Positions 46,732-56,234 of a stretch of 64,000 bases of DNA are shown piece by piece. The stretch is taken from sequence record MK373792.1. The stretch is one strand, 5' to 3'. The DNA is from Escherichia phage vB_EcoS_VAH1. A program made the position numbers and the translations under genes. A model generated the notes under the pieces. That model was not told the origin of the DNA and searched no databases. It saw only the letters and a list, made by a program, of their open reading frames with translations. Each line of letters opens with the position of its first letter. The stretch's first letter is position 1.

Positions 46732-48544
46732 ATTAATTGAGAATTGCAAAGGTCTGCTCACTCTAACTGCGGATAAGGACTTACAGCATAATAATGCTAA
46801 TAAGCCTAGTGAGATGTTCCATACTCAAAGAGACTTATTAGCTGGGGAAATTAACAAGTATTTAGTATCGCAAGAATTACCTAAACACCTGTTAGACGCA
46901 CATAATCTAGGTAAAATACACATTCATGACATGGACTACAGAGCACAAGGGTACACCAACTGTTGCTTAGTAGATCTAGGCGGTATGCTGAAAAATGGCA
47001 CTAAAATTGGTAACGCAAATATTGAAACTCCTAAATCCATAACTACTGCATGCGCGATTACTGCTCAGATTATTGCTCAAGTATCGGGTGCTCAGTATGG
47101 TGGCACTTCTATTGATCGTATCGATGAGGTTTTAGCCCCCTATGTCAGAAAGTCTTATGATAAGCACCTGGGTCGTGGTCTACGTTGGCTCAAGGATGAA
47201 AGGAAAGCTGCTGTATATGCTACTGAACTTACTGAAAAAGAGTGTTATGATGCATTCCAAGCCCTAGAGTATGAAACTAATTCATTATTTAACTCTAACG
47301 GACAGACTCCTTTTGTTACGCTTGGCTTTGGGCTAGGACAGGGGTGGGAGGAAAGGATGATTCAGAAAGCCATCCTCCAAAACCGTATTAAAGGTTTAGG
47401 TGCTGCTGAGTCAACCCCTATCTTCCCTAAACTAGTATTCTCAGTTAAAGAAGGGTTAAATAAAAATCCAGGCGATCCTAACTATGATATAAAACAGCTA
47501 GCACTTGAGTGTTCTGCTACCCGTATGTACCCGGACTATTTAAGTTACGAGAAAGTTGTAGCTGTTACTGGTGATTTTAAAGCACCTATGGGTTGTCGTA
47601 GTTTTTTATCCGCTATTCCTTCTGGGGAAACTGCCGGCCGTAATAATCTGGGTGTAGTGTCTATTAATCTACCTATGGTTGCTGCTGAGGCAGATGGGGT
47701 TTTTGAAGATTTCTGGGATATTCTGGACAAATATGTGGATGAGGCTTTTGAAGCTCATGATTTTTTCTTGGATAGACTTAAGAAAGTGAAGGCTAAACAA
47801 GCCCCTATTCTTTATATGCACGGTGGTTTTGGTGTGCGTTTAGATGGGGAAGAGTATGTATGGCCAATTTTTGAGGGTAGATCTTCTGTATCTCTTGGGT
47901 ATATTGGGGTCTATGAGATGTGCCAAATAATGTTTAGTTTACCGCAGACTCATAGGGACTGTATTGAATTTACAGAGGAAGTTCTTACTCACCTAAAAAA
48001 TCGTTGCGAAGTTAAAGCTAATGAGACTAATCTTGGGTTTAGCTTGTATGCTACTCCTAGTGAGTCTCTATGTAATCGCTTTAATAAACTACTGGAACGT
48101 AGGTTCCCTGAGTATTCTTGGCTAACAGATAAAGGCTATCTCACTAATAGTCATCATTTGGACGTAAGGGAGAAGGTAGCTCCGGATACTAAATTTGAGT
48201 ATGAAGCTCATTTCACCAAAATAGCTAATGGTGGTAATATATCGTTTGTGGAACTACCACAAATGAAAAAGTTCCATAAAGCTCTTGAATACGTAGTAGA
48301 TAAGGGATTAGAATGTAGCCATTATATTGGTGTTAATATACCAATTGATGAGTGCTTCAACTGTGGGTATATGGGTGAATCTGTTGCCTCTGAACGTGGG
48401 TTTGTATGTCCAAGTTGTGGGTCTGAAGAAATAGAGGTTACACGTAGGGTTTGCGGGTACCTGGGATCCCCGGGCAGTAGGCCTTTCAATTCTGGGAAAC
48501 AAAAAGAAGTGCTTGGTAGAGTAAAACACTTAAATCTTAAGTAA
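46718..48544 (+). CDS. nrdD: anaerobic ribonucleoside-triphosphate reductase (class III)
   Basis: C-terminal CFNCGY...CPSCGS zinc ribbon and RVCGY glycyl-radical motif. Confidence 0.88.
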   Translation: MTENELIENCKGLLTLTADKDLQHNNANKPSEMFHTQRDLLAGEINKYLVSQELPKHLLDAHNLGKIHIHDMDYRAQGYTNCCLVDLGGMLKNGTKIGNANIETPKSITTACAITAQIIAQVSGAQYGGTSIDRIDEVLAPYVRKSYDKHLGRGLRWLKDERKAAVYATELTEKECYDAFQALEYETNSLFNSNGQTPFVTLGFGLGQGWEERMIQKAILQNRIKGLGAAESTPIFPKLVFSVKEGLNKNPGDPNYDIKQLALECSATRMYPDYLSYEKVVAVTGDFKAPMGCRSFLSAIPSGETAGRNNLGVVSINLPMVAAEADGVFEDFWDILDKYVDEAFEAHDFFLDRLKKVKAKQAPILYMHGGFGVRLDGEEYVWPIFEGRSSVSLGYIGVYEMCQIMFSLPQTHRDCIEFTEEVLTHLKNRCEVKANETNLGFSLYATPSESLCNRFNKLLERRFPEYSWLTDKGYLTNSHHLDVREKVAPDTKFEYEAHFTKIANGGNISFVELPQMKKFHKALEYVVDKGLECSHYIGVNIPIDECFNCGYMGESVASERGFVCPSCGSEEIEVTRRVCGYLGSPGSRPFNSGKQKEVLGRVKHLNLK

Positions 48545-48550
48545 GCTAAT

Positions 48551-48590
48551 CAGCCGGGTTGCTAGTCGACCTGGCTTTTATTTTATTTGC
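48551..48590 (+). terminator. rho-independent terminator after nrdD
   Basis: AGCCGGG...CCTGGCT hairpin followed by TTTTATTTTATTT. Confidence 0.5.
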
Positions 48591-48615
48591 TTTCAGCCAA
48601 AAATTTATATATAAT
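48587..48615 (+). promoter_or_regulatory. T5-type early promoter (P_N25-like)
   Basis: TTGCTT - 17 nt - TATAAT, leader ...ATAAATTTGAGAGGAG before ATG 48644. Confidence 0.6.
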
Positions 48616-48643
48616 AGATTTATAAATTTGAGAGGAGAAAGCT

Positions 48644-48925
48644 ATGAGCGAATTGCTTCCTAAAGTAGATGTCTCCCATCTTGGGGAGCCTAGTGAAGAA
48701 CGTAAGGCTCTAGATTGGTTGGGCGGATTTGATTATCGTCGTGTTGTTGCAACATGGAATGATAAGAAAGTTAAGAAGTTTCGGGTACATTATGTAGGTA
48801 AAGACAAGTGGCTCTGGATTGATTATGAAGAATCGAAGGGGTCTACTAAGGCTGTGAAAATTTATCGTATGTATGGGTATTATTATGCTCACTGTGATAA
48901 GAATGAATTTACAGTACAGAACTAA
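48644..48925 (+). CDS. hypothetical protein
   Basis: 93-aa ORF behind promoter. Confidence 0.45.
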   Translation: MSELLPKVDVSHLGEPSEERKALDWLGGFDYRRVVATWNDKKVKKFRVHYVGKDKWLWIDYEESKGSTKAVKIYRMYGYYYAHCDKNEFTVQN

Positions 48926-48934
48926 GGAACAAGA

Positions 48935-49138
48935 ATGAAAAACGTAAAACATCTTAAATATCGCTTAATTTACAACGGACGTATGGAAACAGAAGATCTG
49001 GCCCAGTTAGCTATTAATTCTAATGAGGTTACAGTGCGTGCGCTGGCAATTGAAAAGTTGCGTGCCTCTTATGAAAATCGTGTTATGGAACTAGAGGAGA
49101 AACTTTATGGCATTCTCGAAGCCGATGCTACCAGATAA
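48935..49138 (+). CDS. hypothetical small protein
   Basis: 67-aa ORF. Confidence 0.35.
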   Translation: MKNVKHLKYRLIYNGRMETEDLAQLAINSNEVTVRALAIEKLRASYENRVMELEEKLYGILEADATR

Positions 49139-49328
49139 GGGTTTAAACGCCGCTTTGGAAAACGCATTAATGCAGCACTGGGAAACTGGCTATAAGGATG
49201 GTGTTGAATCCTGCGCTACTATGCTAGAAGTTATTGCTAATACCTTAATGGAGAAAGGCAATAAAGAATTAGCTGAGCTATTAGACAGTATTGGGCAAAA
49301 CTTCAGAGAACAGGTGAAAAATGCGTAG
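49107..49328 (+). CDS. hypothetical small protein
   Basis: 73-aa ORF. Confidence 0.35.
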   Translation: MAFSKPMLPDKGLNAALENALMQHWETGYKDGVESCATMLEVIANTLMEKGNKELAELLDSIGQNFREQVKNA

Positions 49329-50136
49329 ATTAATTGTTATTAGCGGTGCAGGTTTGAGTGTTGAAAGTGGTGTACGAGCTTTTCGTACTGATACTGCTAG
49401 TGGTAAAGCATTGTGGGATGATTATGACTTAGAAGAGGTATGTAATATTCATGCCTTTCGTGGTAATTTTTATCATAAAACCCACACGTTTTACAACAAA
49501 CGTCGTGAAGAGTTAGAAACTGTTGAACCCAATCTTGCACACTTGCGTATTGGTGAATGGTATAAGAAATATCCAGGTCAAGTAGTAAACTTGACTACCA
49601 ACGTTGATGACCTTATTGAGCGTGCTGGCGTTCCACATAGTGACATTCTGCACATTCATGGGTATTTAAAAGAGGTTGTTGTAGCTGATAGCTACAATAG
49701 TAGTAATAAACGAATTATTGATGTTGGGTATAGCTCTATTGACCCAGATGATTATAAATGGGTTAAACCTAATGTAATCTTCTTCGGGGAACATGCTCCA
49801 GCATATGCAGAAATGTACAATGTTTTTGATGGTATTACCAGTCAAGATATGATCATTGTGGTTGGTTGCTCTAACCAAGTAATTAACTTCTACTGGGAAT
49901 TATTTCCTGTTCTTAATCTGACTGCTGCAAAACTTATGGTAGTTAACTACTATGATAGTGCTCTAGCGGTGGAACCAGGCTATCAAGGTATGACTCGTAG
50001 TGAGATGTACCAGCTGGAAGAACGTGGTATCCCTTACTGGAGTAAAGGTGCGATAGATGCTTTCAATGATCCTGATTTTATTGCTCGTGTAGAAGCTCAT
50101 TTAGAGGGTAGACCTTATGTGTCGGGAAATAAGTAA
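49321..50136 (+). CDS. Sir2-family (sirtuin-like) NAD-dependent protein lacking the zinc-ribbon cysteines
   Basis: GAGLSVESGVRAFR, TTNVDDLIERAG, LHIHGYL, PNVIFFGE, IIVVGCSNQV in sirtuin order. Confidence 0.65.
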   Translation: MRRLIVISGAGLSVESGVRAFRTDTASGKALWDDYDLEEVCNIHAFRGNFYHKTHTFYNKRREELETVEPNLAHLRIGEWYKKYPGQVVNLTTNVDDLIERAGVPHSDILHIHGYLKEVVVADSYNSSNKRIIDVGYSSIDPDDYKWVKPNVIFFGEHAPAYAEMYNVFDGITSQDMIIVVGCSNQVINFYWELFPVLNLTAAKLMVVNYYDSALAVEPGYQGMTRSEMYQLEERGIPYWSKGAIDAFNDPDFIARVEAHLEGRPYVSGNK

Positions 50137-50629
50137 TACTCCAATTATTTTTCTAGATATTGATGGGGTGCTCAATTCGAGCATCTCCCACCATCATGCG
50201 CCTGATGATGAAAAGATTTTCTTTGGAAGTGACTGGGTTTTCAAACCGCTTCTCAAGGCTTTTCAGGACTTTATTCGTCCTTCTCCAATAATGATTGTTG
50301 GGGTATCTTCATGGTTCTCTGTCAGGAATGAGATGGAGAACGTTCAGATTATGACCGGATTAGATCTTATCGATCGTTTTCTAGGTACAACGGATTTTAC
50401 TGGTGGTGGGCTATCTAGGGGTAATTCTGTTCTTCGCTTCGTTGAAAAGCATAAGCTCAAACATTGGTGTGTGCTGGATGACGCTGGTGCTATGATGTAT
50501 CAGTATCCAACGGTTATAGTCAACGGTAGAACTGGAATAAATCTTCAAGATTTAAGAGCTGTTAGCTATATGTTAGAATTTAGTCCAGATCTTGAAATGT
50601 GTAAAGCCCTACAACAATTTAAGGTATAA
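50117..50629 (+). CDS. HAD-superfamily phosphatase-like protein
   Basis: IIFLDIDGVLN (DxDG motif I) near N-terminus. Confidence 0.5.
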   Translation: MCREISNTPIIFLDIDGVLNSSISHHHAPDDEKIFFGSDWVFKPLLKAFQDFIRPSPIMIVGVSSWFSVRNEMENVQIMTGLDLIDRFLGTTDFTGGGLSRGNSVLRFVEKHKLKHWCVLDDAGAMMYQYPTVIVNGRTGINLQDLRAVSYMLEFSPDLEMCKALQQFKV

Positions 50630-50631
50630 AT

Positions 50632-51060
50632 ATGTTCAATAATGTATTCTCTAAAGAAGCTAACCCAATATTGGTTAATTTTTGGCGTACTCTTCCAGCC
50701 AACCTGTACAATGAGGCTATTAATGCTCTGAAAATATGGTGTGAGAATAATGAAATCTCCTTTGCTTTTAAGGGTGAGATTGAAGAAGCTCCCTGTATTG
50801 GTTTAATTGTGCAGGTAGAGGATGGTCTGGAAGAGATTGTCGGCTGGAAAGAGTTGGATGAAATGGGGTTGGTTTTTGCATTAAACTATAAGCTATTTAT
50901 GCCCAATAAACACCGTATTGTTGTTAATTATAAAACCAGTGAATCTCCGGGCTTTCAAGTTAATGAACATTACGGTTGGTCTTACTCACCGGAAGAAGTA
51001 AATGATGGTATCCAGAAACTTCGTCGTTTTGGTTATCAAATTCCTGGTTTAACCGCCTAA
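50632..51060 (+). CDS. hypothetical protein, tandem paralog A
   Basis: Shares EEAPCIG...W.EL.EMGL..ALN..LF.P pattern with 51070..51462. Confidence 0.45.
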   Translation: MFNNVFSKEANPILVNFWRTLPANLYNEAINALKIWCENNEISFAFKGEIEEAPCIGLIVQVEDGLEEIVGWKELDEMGLVFALNYKLFMPNKHRIVVNYKTSESPGFQVNEHYGWSYSPEEVNDGIQKLRRFGYQIPGLTA

Positions 51061-51069
51061 GGGGGCACA

Positions 51070-51462
51070 ATGGAACAAGTATATTGGCGTCAGATTGATC
51101 CTAGTTTGGTGAAGCGTGCGGAGAAGCTGCTACAACGTTGGTTGGGGGTAAGACAAGCTTCCTTCACTTTTCCGGAGCAGCAAATAGACGATCCCTGTAT
51201 TGGTGTTTTCCTATCAGGCTACGCTAGGGAATGGGAACTGGATTGGAATGAATTGTCTGCTATGGGTTTAATTGTTGCACTAAATTTCTCTTTGTTCCAT
51301 CCACGTGGTTTTGCCATATGTTGTGTGCCTGATGATGGTTGTTCGCCCCATCTTTTACAGGTGGAAGATGATATTTGGGAGTACACTCCAGATATTCTCA
51401 AAGAAGCTAAAGAACAATTAAATCGTGTTGGGATTTATGTTCCAGGCCTGAATGATGAATGA
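51070..51462 (+). CDS. hypothetical protein, tandem paralog B
   Basis: DDPCIG...WNELSAMGLIVALNFSLFHP; paralog of previous gene. Confidence 0.45.
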   Translation: MEQVYWRQIDPSLVKRAEKLLQRWLGVRQASFTFPEQQIDDPCIGVFLSGYAREWELDWNELSAMGLIVALNFSLFHPRGFAICCVPDDGCSPHLLQVEDDIWEYTPDILKEAKEQLNRVGIYVPGLNDE

Positions 51463-51547
51463 TTTTTATTAGCTGAAGTTTGTAATCCGGGCTATTAGTG
51501 CTCGGATTATTACATAATCTTTCTAGTCGATTGACAGTCAAAATAAA

Positions 51548-52054
51548 TTGTCGTTGACAATTTGGATGGATTATGTAATAATATATGTATTGGAGGTGAG
51601 GATGTCATTCACACAGCAAGAACTTTTAGATAACTTCCGATATGAAGATGGTAAGTTATTTAGAACTACAGGAAGAAATGCAGGGAAAGAATGTTGTGTC
51701 TCTACTGGTAACGGATATTATCGTATATCTCTAGGGAATAGGACTATGCTTCGGCATAGAGCAATATTTTTAATGCATCATGGATACTTACCTGATTTAG
51801 TAGATCATGTGAATACTGTAAAAGGTGATGATCGTATTGAAAATCTTAGAGAGCAGACAGTATCCGGTAATCTAAGAAATATCAAATATAAGAAAGGAAT
51901 GCATGTTTACCCTTCTGGTAGTAATAACTGGCAAGTAGTATTTACTATTAACCGTAAACGTATAGTTAAAGGAACATATGACAACTATGAGGTTGCATGT
52001 TCTATGGCCAAGATGTTTAGAGGTCAACTATACGGTAGGGAATCAATCCAGTAA
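51548..52054 (+). CDS. HNH homing endonuclease (HNH_3/AP2-type)
   Basis: LRHRAIFLMHHGYLPDLVDHVN...N..NL; own promoter with two TTGACA elements. Confidence 0.7.
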   Translation: MSLTIWMDYVIIYVLEVRMSFTQQELLDNFRYEDGKLFRTTGRNAGKECCVSTGNGYYRISLGNRTMLRHRAIFLMHHGYLPDLVDHVNTVKGDDRIENLREQTVSGNLRNIKYKKGMHVYPSGSNNWQVVFTINRKRIVKGTYDNYEVACSMAKMFRGQLYGRESIQ

Positions 52055-52511
52055 AATTTCATTTGCAAGGGAGTATTATTTTATAGTATAATATTCCCAT
52101 AAATGAGAGACATTAGTAAAAATTGATTTTGCTAATTTTTCTTGTTTACAATCCGCGATACGGAACAGTTAGGCTGCCCCATTAAGGGTTGTTTTAACTG
52201 TTACGTGTTAGTTTTTAAACAAATAGTTAATAGAATACTTAGCGATCTGCGTCCCGTAGGAACCCTGGTAAGGCCTCGAAGCAACCTAGATAGAGGTGGT
52301 TGTGAAGTGAGACGGGAGGAGTGAAAAACTCCGAGACGTGATTCTGTAAGTTATATTGCATCTAGTATGAGCTAGTATATGAAGCATTAGGTGAGCAAAT
52401 CTGGCTTAGCGGCCATCCTCAAGGATTTGTGCGGTATAGCAAAGCAGCAGCGCAGCGTGAGAGTGGAAGTTGCCACCCCACTTCAGTATTTGAGATTAAT
52501 TTGTTGAGAAA

Positions 52512-55379
52512 TTGACAGTAACAGTTGTTCTATTCTTTCTGAATAGTCCTAAAGAAAACTTATTTCATTTCCAACACAGGAGTATTGTTGTGTTTTCAAT
52601 CCTACAAGGTCATGCAGGATTTCATCGCGATTTAGCCACGGGCAATTGGCGAGAAGTTAAAGCAGAAGACTATCTTTTTGCTAAAAGATTTTCCTCAAAG
52701 CATCCTGAAGGTAAACCAGCTTCAATGCCCTTCAAGTTTGATGTAATTGATGAAGTTGATCCTCAAACCCTAGTAGAAATGCTTCCTCTTATGAGACGTT
52801 TAACGTCTGACCCTCATATCGTTGCGGTACGAGGTCGATGTCTTGCACCTAAAAATAATGTGCGACGTAAGAAGGGCAACTTTAATGTATCTAACCCAAG
52901 TCATATAATTGCAATGGACGTGGATGGTATTGTAGATACAGGTGGTTGTAACAAGTTTGATCTTGTTGGCATGGCTCGACACATTATTAGAATGTTAAAT
53001 AGTATTAGTGAGGATATGTTTCCTCTTGATGCAGGGTTTATCGCTCATGCATCGTCTTCGGCTGGGCTAAAACCAGGTATCCGAATGCACTTAATACTAG
53101 AATCTAATGTTAAAGTAACTCAGGGTCAAATCAAGTTCTTATTTACATCTATCAATGAAAGTAGTAGACAAAAGTATGGCTTTGATATTGCCGACTTAGC
53201 TTATTACTCTTCCGTACAGCTCCATTACTTTGCAGATCCTTTATTTATTGATGGTATAGTCGATCCGTTTAAAGCGGAGGGTGCTTCACGTCTGGTATTT
53301 GTTAAAGGCTCAAAAGTAAATTTACCTAATAATCTAGTTGACTATGAAACAACTAGAGGAGAGTTTAAAGAGGAATTCTACTCTTTACTCGATCAAATTA
53401 AAGGTAAAAAAGCTGCCTCTGATAAAGTAGAAGAAACTATCAGCGAACTAGAAGAAGCTGAGGATGGAGTGTATCTACGTATTATTCCTAAACTCTATCA
53501 CAGGGCTTTAGAGGATGGTGTTGATTTTGCATGGCTAGAAAAAGAAATCCGTCCAGCCTTATCAGAATATATTGCAACTAAAGATAATAGTCGTAATATT
53601 CAAGACTACTTTAATAACGGTCGTAAACAGGCTCTAAAAGCGTTTGTTAATAATTCTAAGCGTGAGATCCCTGAAGTATTAAAAGGTATCCCCCTTAAAA
53701 AGCTAGAAACTAATTCACTAGAGACCGACAACTTCTTGAAATTAAATACTGTACCACCAGAAGGCTATATGACTTTTGTAAAAGCAAGTCTAGGCACAGG
53801 TAAAACCACGGCGGTTGTGCGTTGGTTAGATTCAGGGGTTATTAAAGGTAATTTCTTAGCAATTACCAATACTAGAGCACTGGTATCTTCAAATGCTAAG
53901 AAATTTAGTGCAGGACAATATGATAAGTCTGTAGATATGCTTAATTTTAAGCGTGGTGCTATTGACCGTATGTCCACAACTATTCACTCTTTGCATAAAT
54001 TCAAGAGTTTTATTGGTCAAATTGATGCAATCTTTATCGATGAATGTGATGCAGTAATGAATGACCTATTATTCGCCCCGGTTGTTAAGCAACGTCGTGA
54101 ATGTATTCAGGTTCTTCGGGATATTCTTGCAACTGCAAAAATCATTATATTATCTGATGGTGATATTAGTGCAGAAACAATTGAAGCATATGGTTCTTTG
54201 ATTGAGTTTGATAAACCGGTCGCATTTTATAATCATCATCGTAAGATGTTGTCAAAAGCTCATGCTTATGAGTTCCCTGATGAATCTAGTATTTGGGTTG
54301 CACTTCAAACATCACTAGAGATGGGTGAGAAATCTATTCTAGTATCTGATTGCGGCCCAGATGAGCTGAATGAGAAAGGTATGGCATTACGTCGTAATAC
54401 GGGTGCATTAGTTAAAGAAATCCATTCAAACTCTACATCTGATGTGGATATTAGACGTATTCTGGATTACACAACTAATGAGCTAATTGATCAACAAATT
54501 GATTGCTTATTATGTAGTCCATCCGTAACGAGTGGTGTTGACTTCAACTATTTTGATAACGTATTCGTTATTACTAGAACCAGTAACCAGGCGCCGAACA
54601 TGCGTTTTCAAGCAATCAGGCGCGACCGTGGTGCTCAGAATATCTATTATTTTATTGATAAATCCACTAGTGGATTCTCCGCAGGTTCTGAGCAATATAA
54701 CATTGATGAAGGTTGGCTCGAATTAGCACAGCAGTTATATGCACGTCGTAGGGAATTAGAGTCTAGGAACTATACTAGTACCTTACGCTATTACTTGCTT
54801 GATCAGGGAGCAACTATTGATATTTTCAGTGAAAGCTGGGGAACTATTGAAGGTGCTGGTAAAGAGTACACAGAAGAGCGAATCAAAGCTATTCTGCACT
54901 CAACTCCTGATTATTGTGCTCCACGTCATGCGGATGCGTATGAAGCTAAACTACTTCTTGTTCGCTATTATCATCTTGAGTCTATTAAAGATGTAACAGT
55001 TGAGCATGTTGAACAATATATCAAAGATAAGCCGAATGATCGAGCTGCATTCTTCCATAAGATGCACGAGATGTTCTGGGAAGATATTAAGAAGTGTTCA
55101 AATGTGACCATTAAACCATTCATAGAAGCTCTGAAAGGTAAGAAGAAGGACTTCTTCCTTAAAACAGGTCAGAGTGCTAACCCAAAATATGCTAGAATGT
55201 ATCTTGGTATGATGGGTATTGGTAAAGATATGAACACGGAGAATATCGTAGACTGGTACAGAACCTATTGTAAAATCGAATGTATGCCAATTCCTTTCAA
55301 ATTTATGACAGAGGAAGAGAAGGCTATGGCAGAAGAAGCAATGTCAGAGCTAGGTGCTAGAAATGACAGTGAAGAATAA
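52512..55379 (+). CDS. replication origin-binding-protein-like SF2 helicase (probable true start GTG ~52589 after AGGAG)
   Basis: Walker A ASLGTGKTT, Walker B IFIDECD, helicase motifs in C-half. Confidence 0.55.
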   Translation: MTVTVVLFFLNSPKENLFHFQHRSIVVFSILQGHAGFHRDLATGNWREVKAEDYLFAKRFSSKHPEGKPASMPFKFDVIDEVDPQTLVEMLPLMRRLTSDPHIVAVRGRCLAPKNNVRRKKGNFNVSNPSHIIAMDVDGIVDTGGCNKFDLVGMARHIIRMLNSISEDMFPLDAGFIAHASSSAGLKPGIRMHLILESNVKVTQGQIKFLFTSINESSRQKYGFDIADLAYYSSVQLHYFADPLFIDGIVDPFKAEGASRLVFVKGSKVNLPNNLVDYETTRGEFKEEFYSLLDQIKGKKAASDKVEETISELEEAEDGVYLRIIPKLYHRALEDGVDFAWLEKEIRPALSEYIATKDNSRNIQDYFNNGRKQALKAFVNNSKREIPEVLKGIPLKKLETNSLETDNFLKLNTVPPEGYMTFVKASLGTGKTTAVVRWLDSGVIKGNFLAITNTRALVSSNAKKFSAGQYDKSVDMLNFKRGAIDRMSTTIHSLHKFKSFIGQIDAIFIDECDAVMNDLLFAPVVKQRRECIQVLRDILATAKIIILSDGDISAETIEAYGSLIEFDKPVAFYNHHRKMLSKAHAYEFPDESSIWVALQTSLEMGEKSILVSDCGPDELNEKGMALRRNTGALVKEIHSNSTSDVDIRRILDYTTNELIDQQIDCLLCSPSVTSGVDFNYFDNVFVITRTSNQAPNMRFQAIRRDRGAQNIYYFIDKSTSGFSAGSEQYNIDEGWLELAQQLYARRRELESRNYTSTLRYYLLDQGATIDIFSESWGTIEGAGKEYTEERIKAILHSTPDYCAPRHADAYEAKLLLVRYYHLESIKDVTVEHVEQYIKDKPNDRAAFFHKMHEMFWEDIKKCSNVTIKPFIEALKGKKKDFFLKTGQSANPKYARMYLGMMGIGKDMNTENIVDWYRTYCKIECMPIPFKFMTEEEKAMAEEAMSELGARNDSEE

Positions 55380-55596
55380 AAAATGGGAAACAAGGAAGTT
55401 TCCAGTAAAAGAACGTAAAGTTCCTATTTATGATACTTCGGAAAAGCTATGTAGGGTGGTACCATCTAGATTAGCTGGCATCCCTAACATATCCGAGTGG
55501 TTACTTAAACAACGGAGGACTAGCGTATCCCTTCGCATAGGGTTTGAGTTAGATAAAGTATATGCTGAACTTTCTTCTTTGCTCAAGGAACAATAA
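55354..55596 (+). CDS. hypothetical small protein
   Basis: 80-aa ORF. Confidence 0.3.
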   Translation: MLEMTVKNKKWETRKFPVKERKVPIYDTSEKLCRVVPSRLAGIPNISEWLLKQRRTSVSLRIGFELDKVYAELSSLLKEQ

Positions 55597-56168
55597 TGTT
55601 TATAAGAATTCCCGAATTTCCTGACTATGCAGTGAATGAAAATGGAGAGGTGTACTCTTTTCTCTCCTACAAGTTTCTTACTCCAGGTCAAAATACTGCT
55701 GGGTACTTACAAGTTAATTTAATGAAGGACGGCACCCCTATAAATGTGAGGGTGCATAGGTTAGTAGCTTATTGTTTTGGGCTACTTCCTGGGTTAGAAT
55801 CAGAATTGGTAGTAGACCATATAAACGATGATAAGTTAGATCCTAGACTATCTAACTTGCAGGTATTAACCTACAGAGCTAATGCAATAAAATTTCATAA
55901 TAAAAATTGGAGAGAACATCCAGATTTCCTAGTAGAAATTAAGAAATTAGAAAGTATGGGCATAACTAAAGCAGCTGCATCTTATAGGCGCAGGGCTATG
56001 TTTAAATATATTGTGGCTGTTCCCTCTAGTGATACTCTAACCTTAGAATTAATAGAATCTACATATCAGAAAACCAATTCTTGGGGAAAAACTGCTAGGG
56101 CTCTAGGCTTTAACAGTGCTCCTGCTATTAGATACAGGTATAATAAGCTGAAAGCAGCTTCTTTATAA
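55596..56168 (+). CDS. HNH homing endonuclease (NUMOD4/HNH_3-type)
   Basis: IPEFPDYAVNENGEVYS...GYLQVNL...HRLVAYCF...VDHINDDKLD..SNLQVL. Confidence 0.7.
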   Translation: MFIRIPEFPDYAVNENGEVYSFLSYKFLTPGQNTAGYLQVNLMKDGTPINVRVHRLVAYCFGLLPGLESELVVDHINDDKLDPRLSNLQVLTYRANAIKFHNKNWREHPDFLVEIKKLESMGITKAAASYRRRAMFKYIVAVPSSDTLTLELIESTYQKTNSWGKTARALGFNSAPAIRYRYNKLKAASL

Positions 56169-56174
56169 ATTTTC

Positions 56175-56234
56175 TTGCTTTACGATGAATTTTTCTGTAT
56201 AATAGATTCATAAATTTGAGAGAGGAGTTTAAAT
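56175..56234 (+). promoter_or_regulatory. T5 P_N25-like early promoter and leader
   Basis: TTGCTT(56175-56180) - 17 nt - TATAAT(56198-56203), leader ATAAATTTGAGAGAGGAGTTTAAAT then ATG; matches the classic T5 N25 promoter as recalled. Confidence 0.8.
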
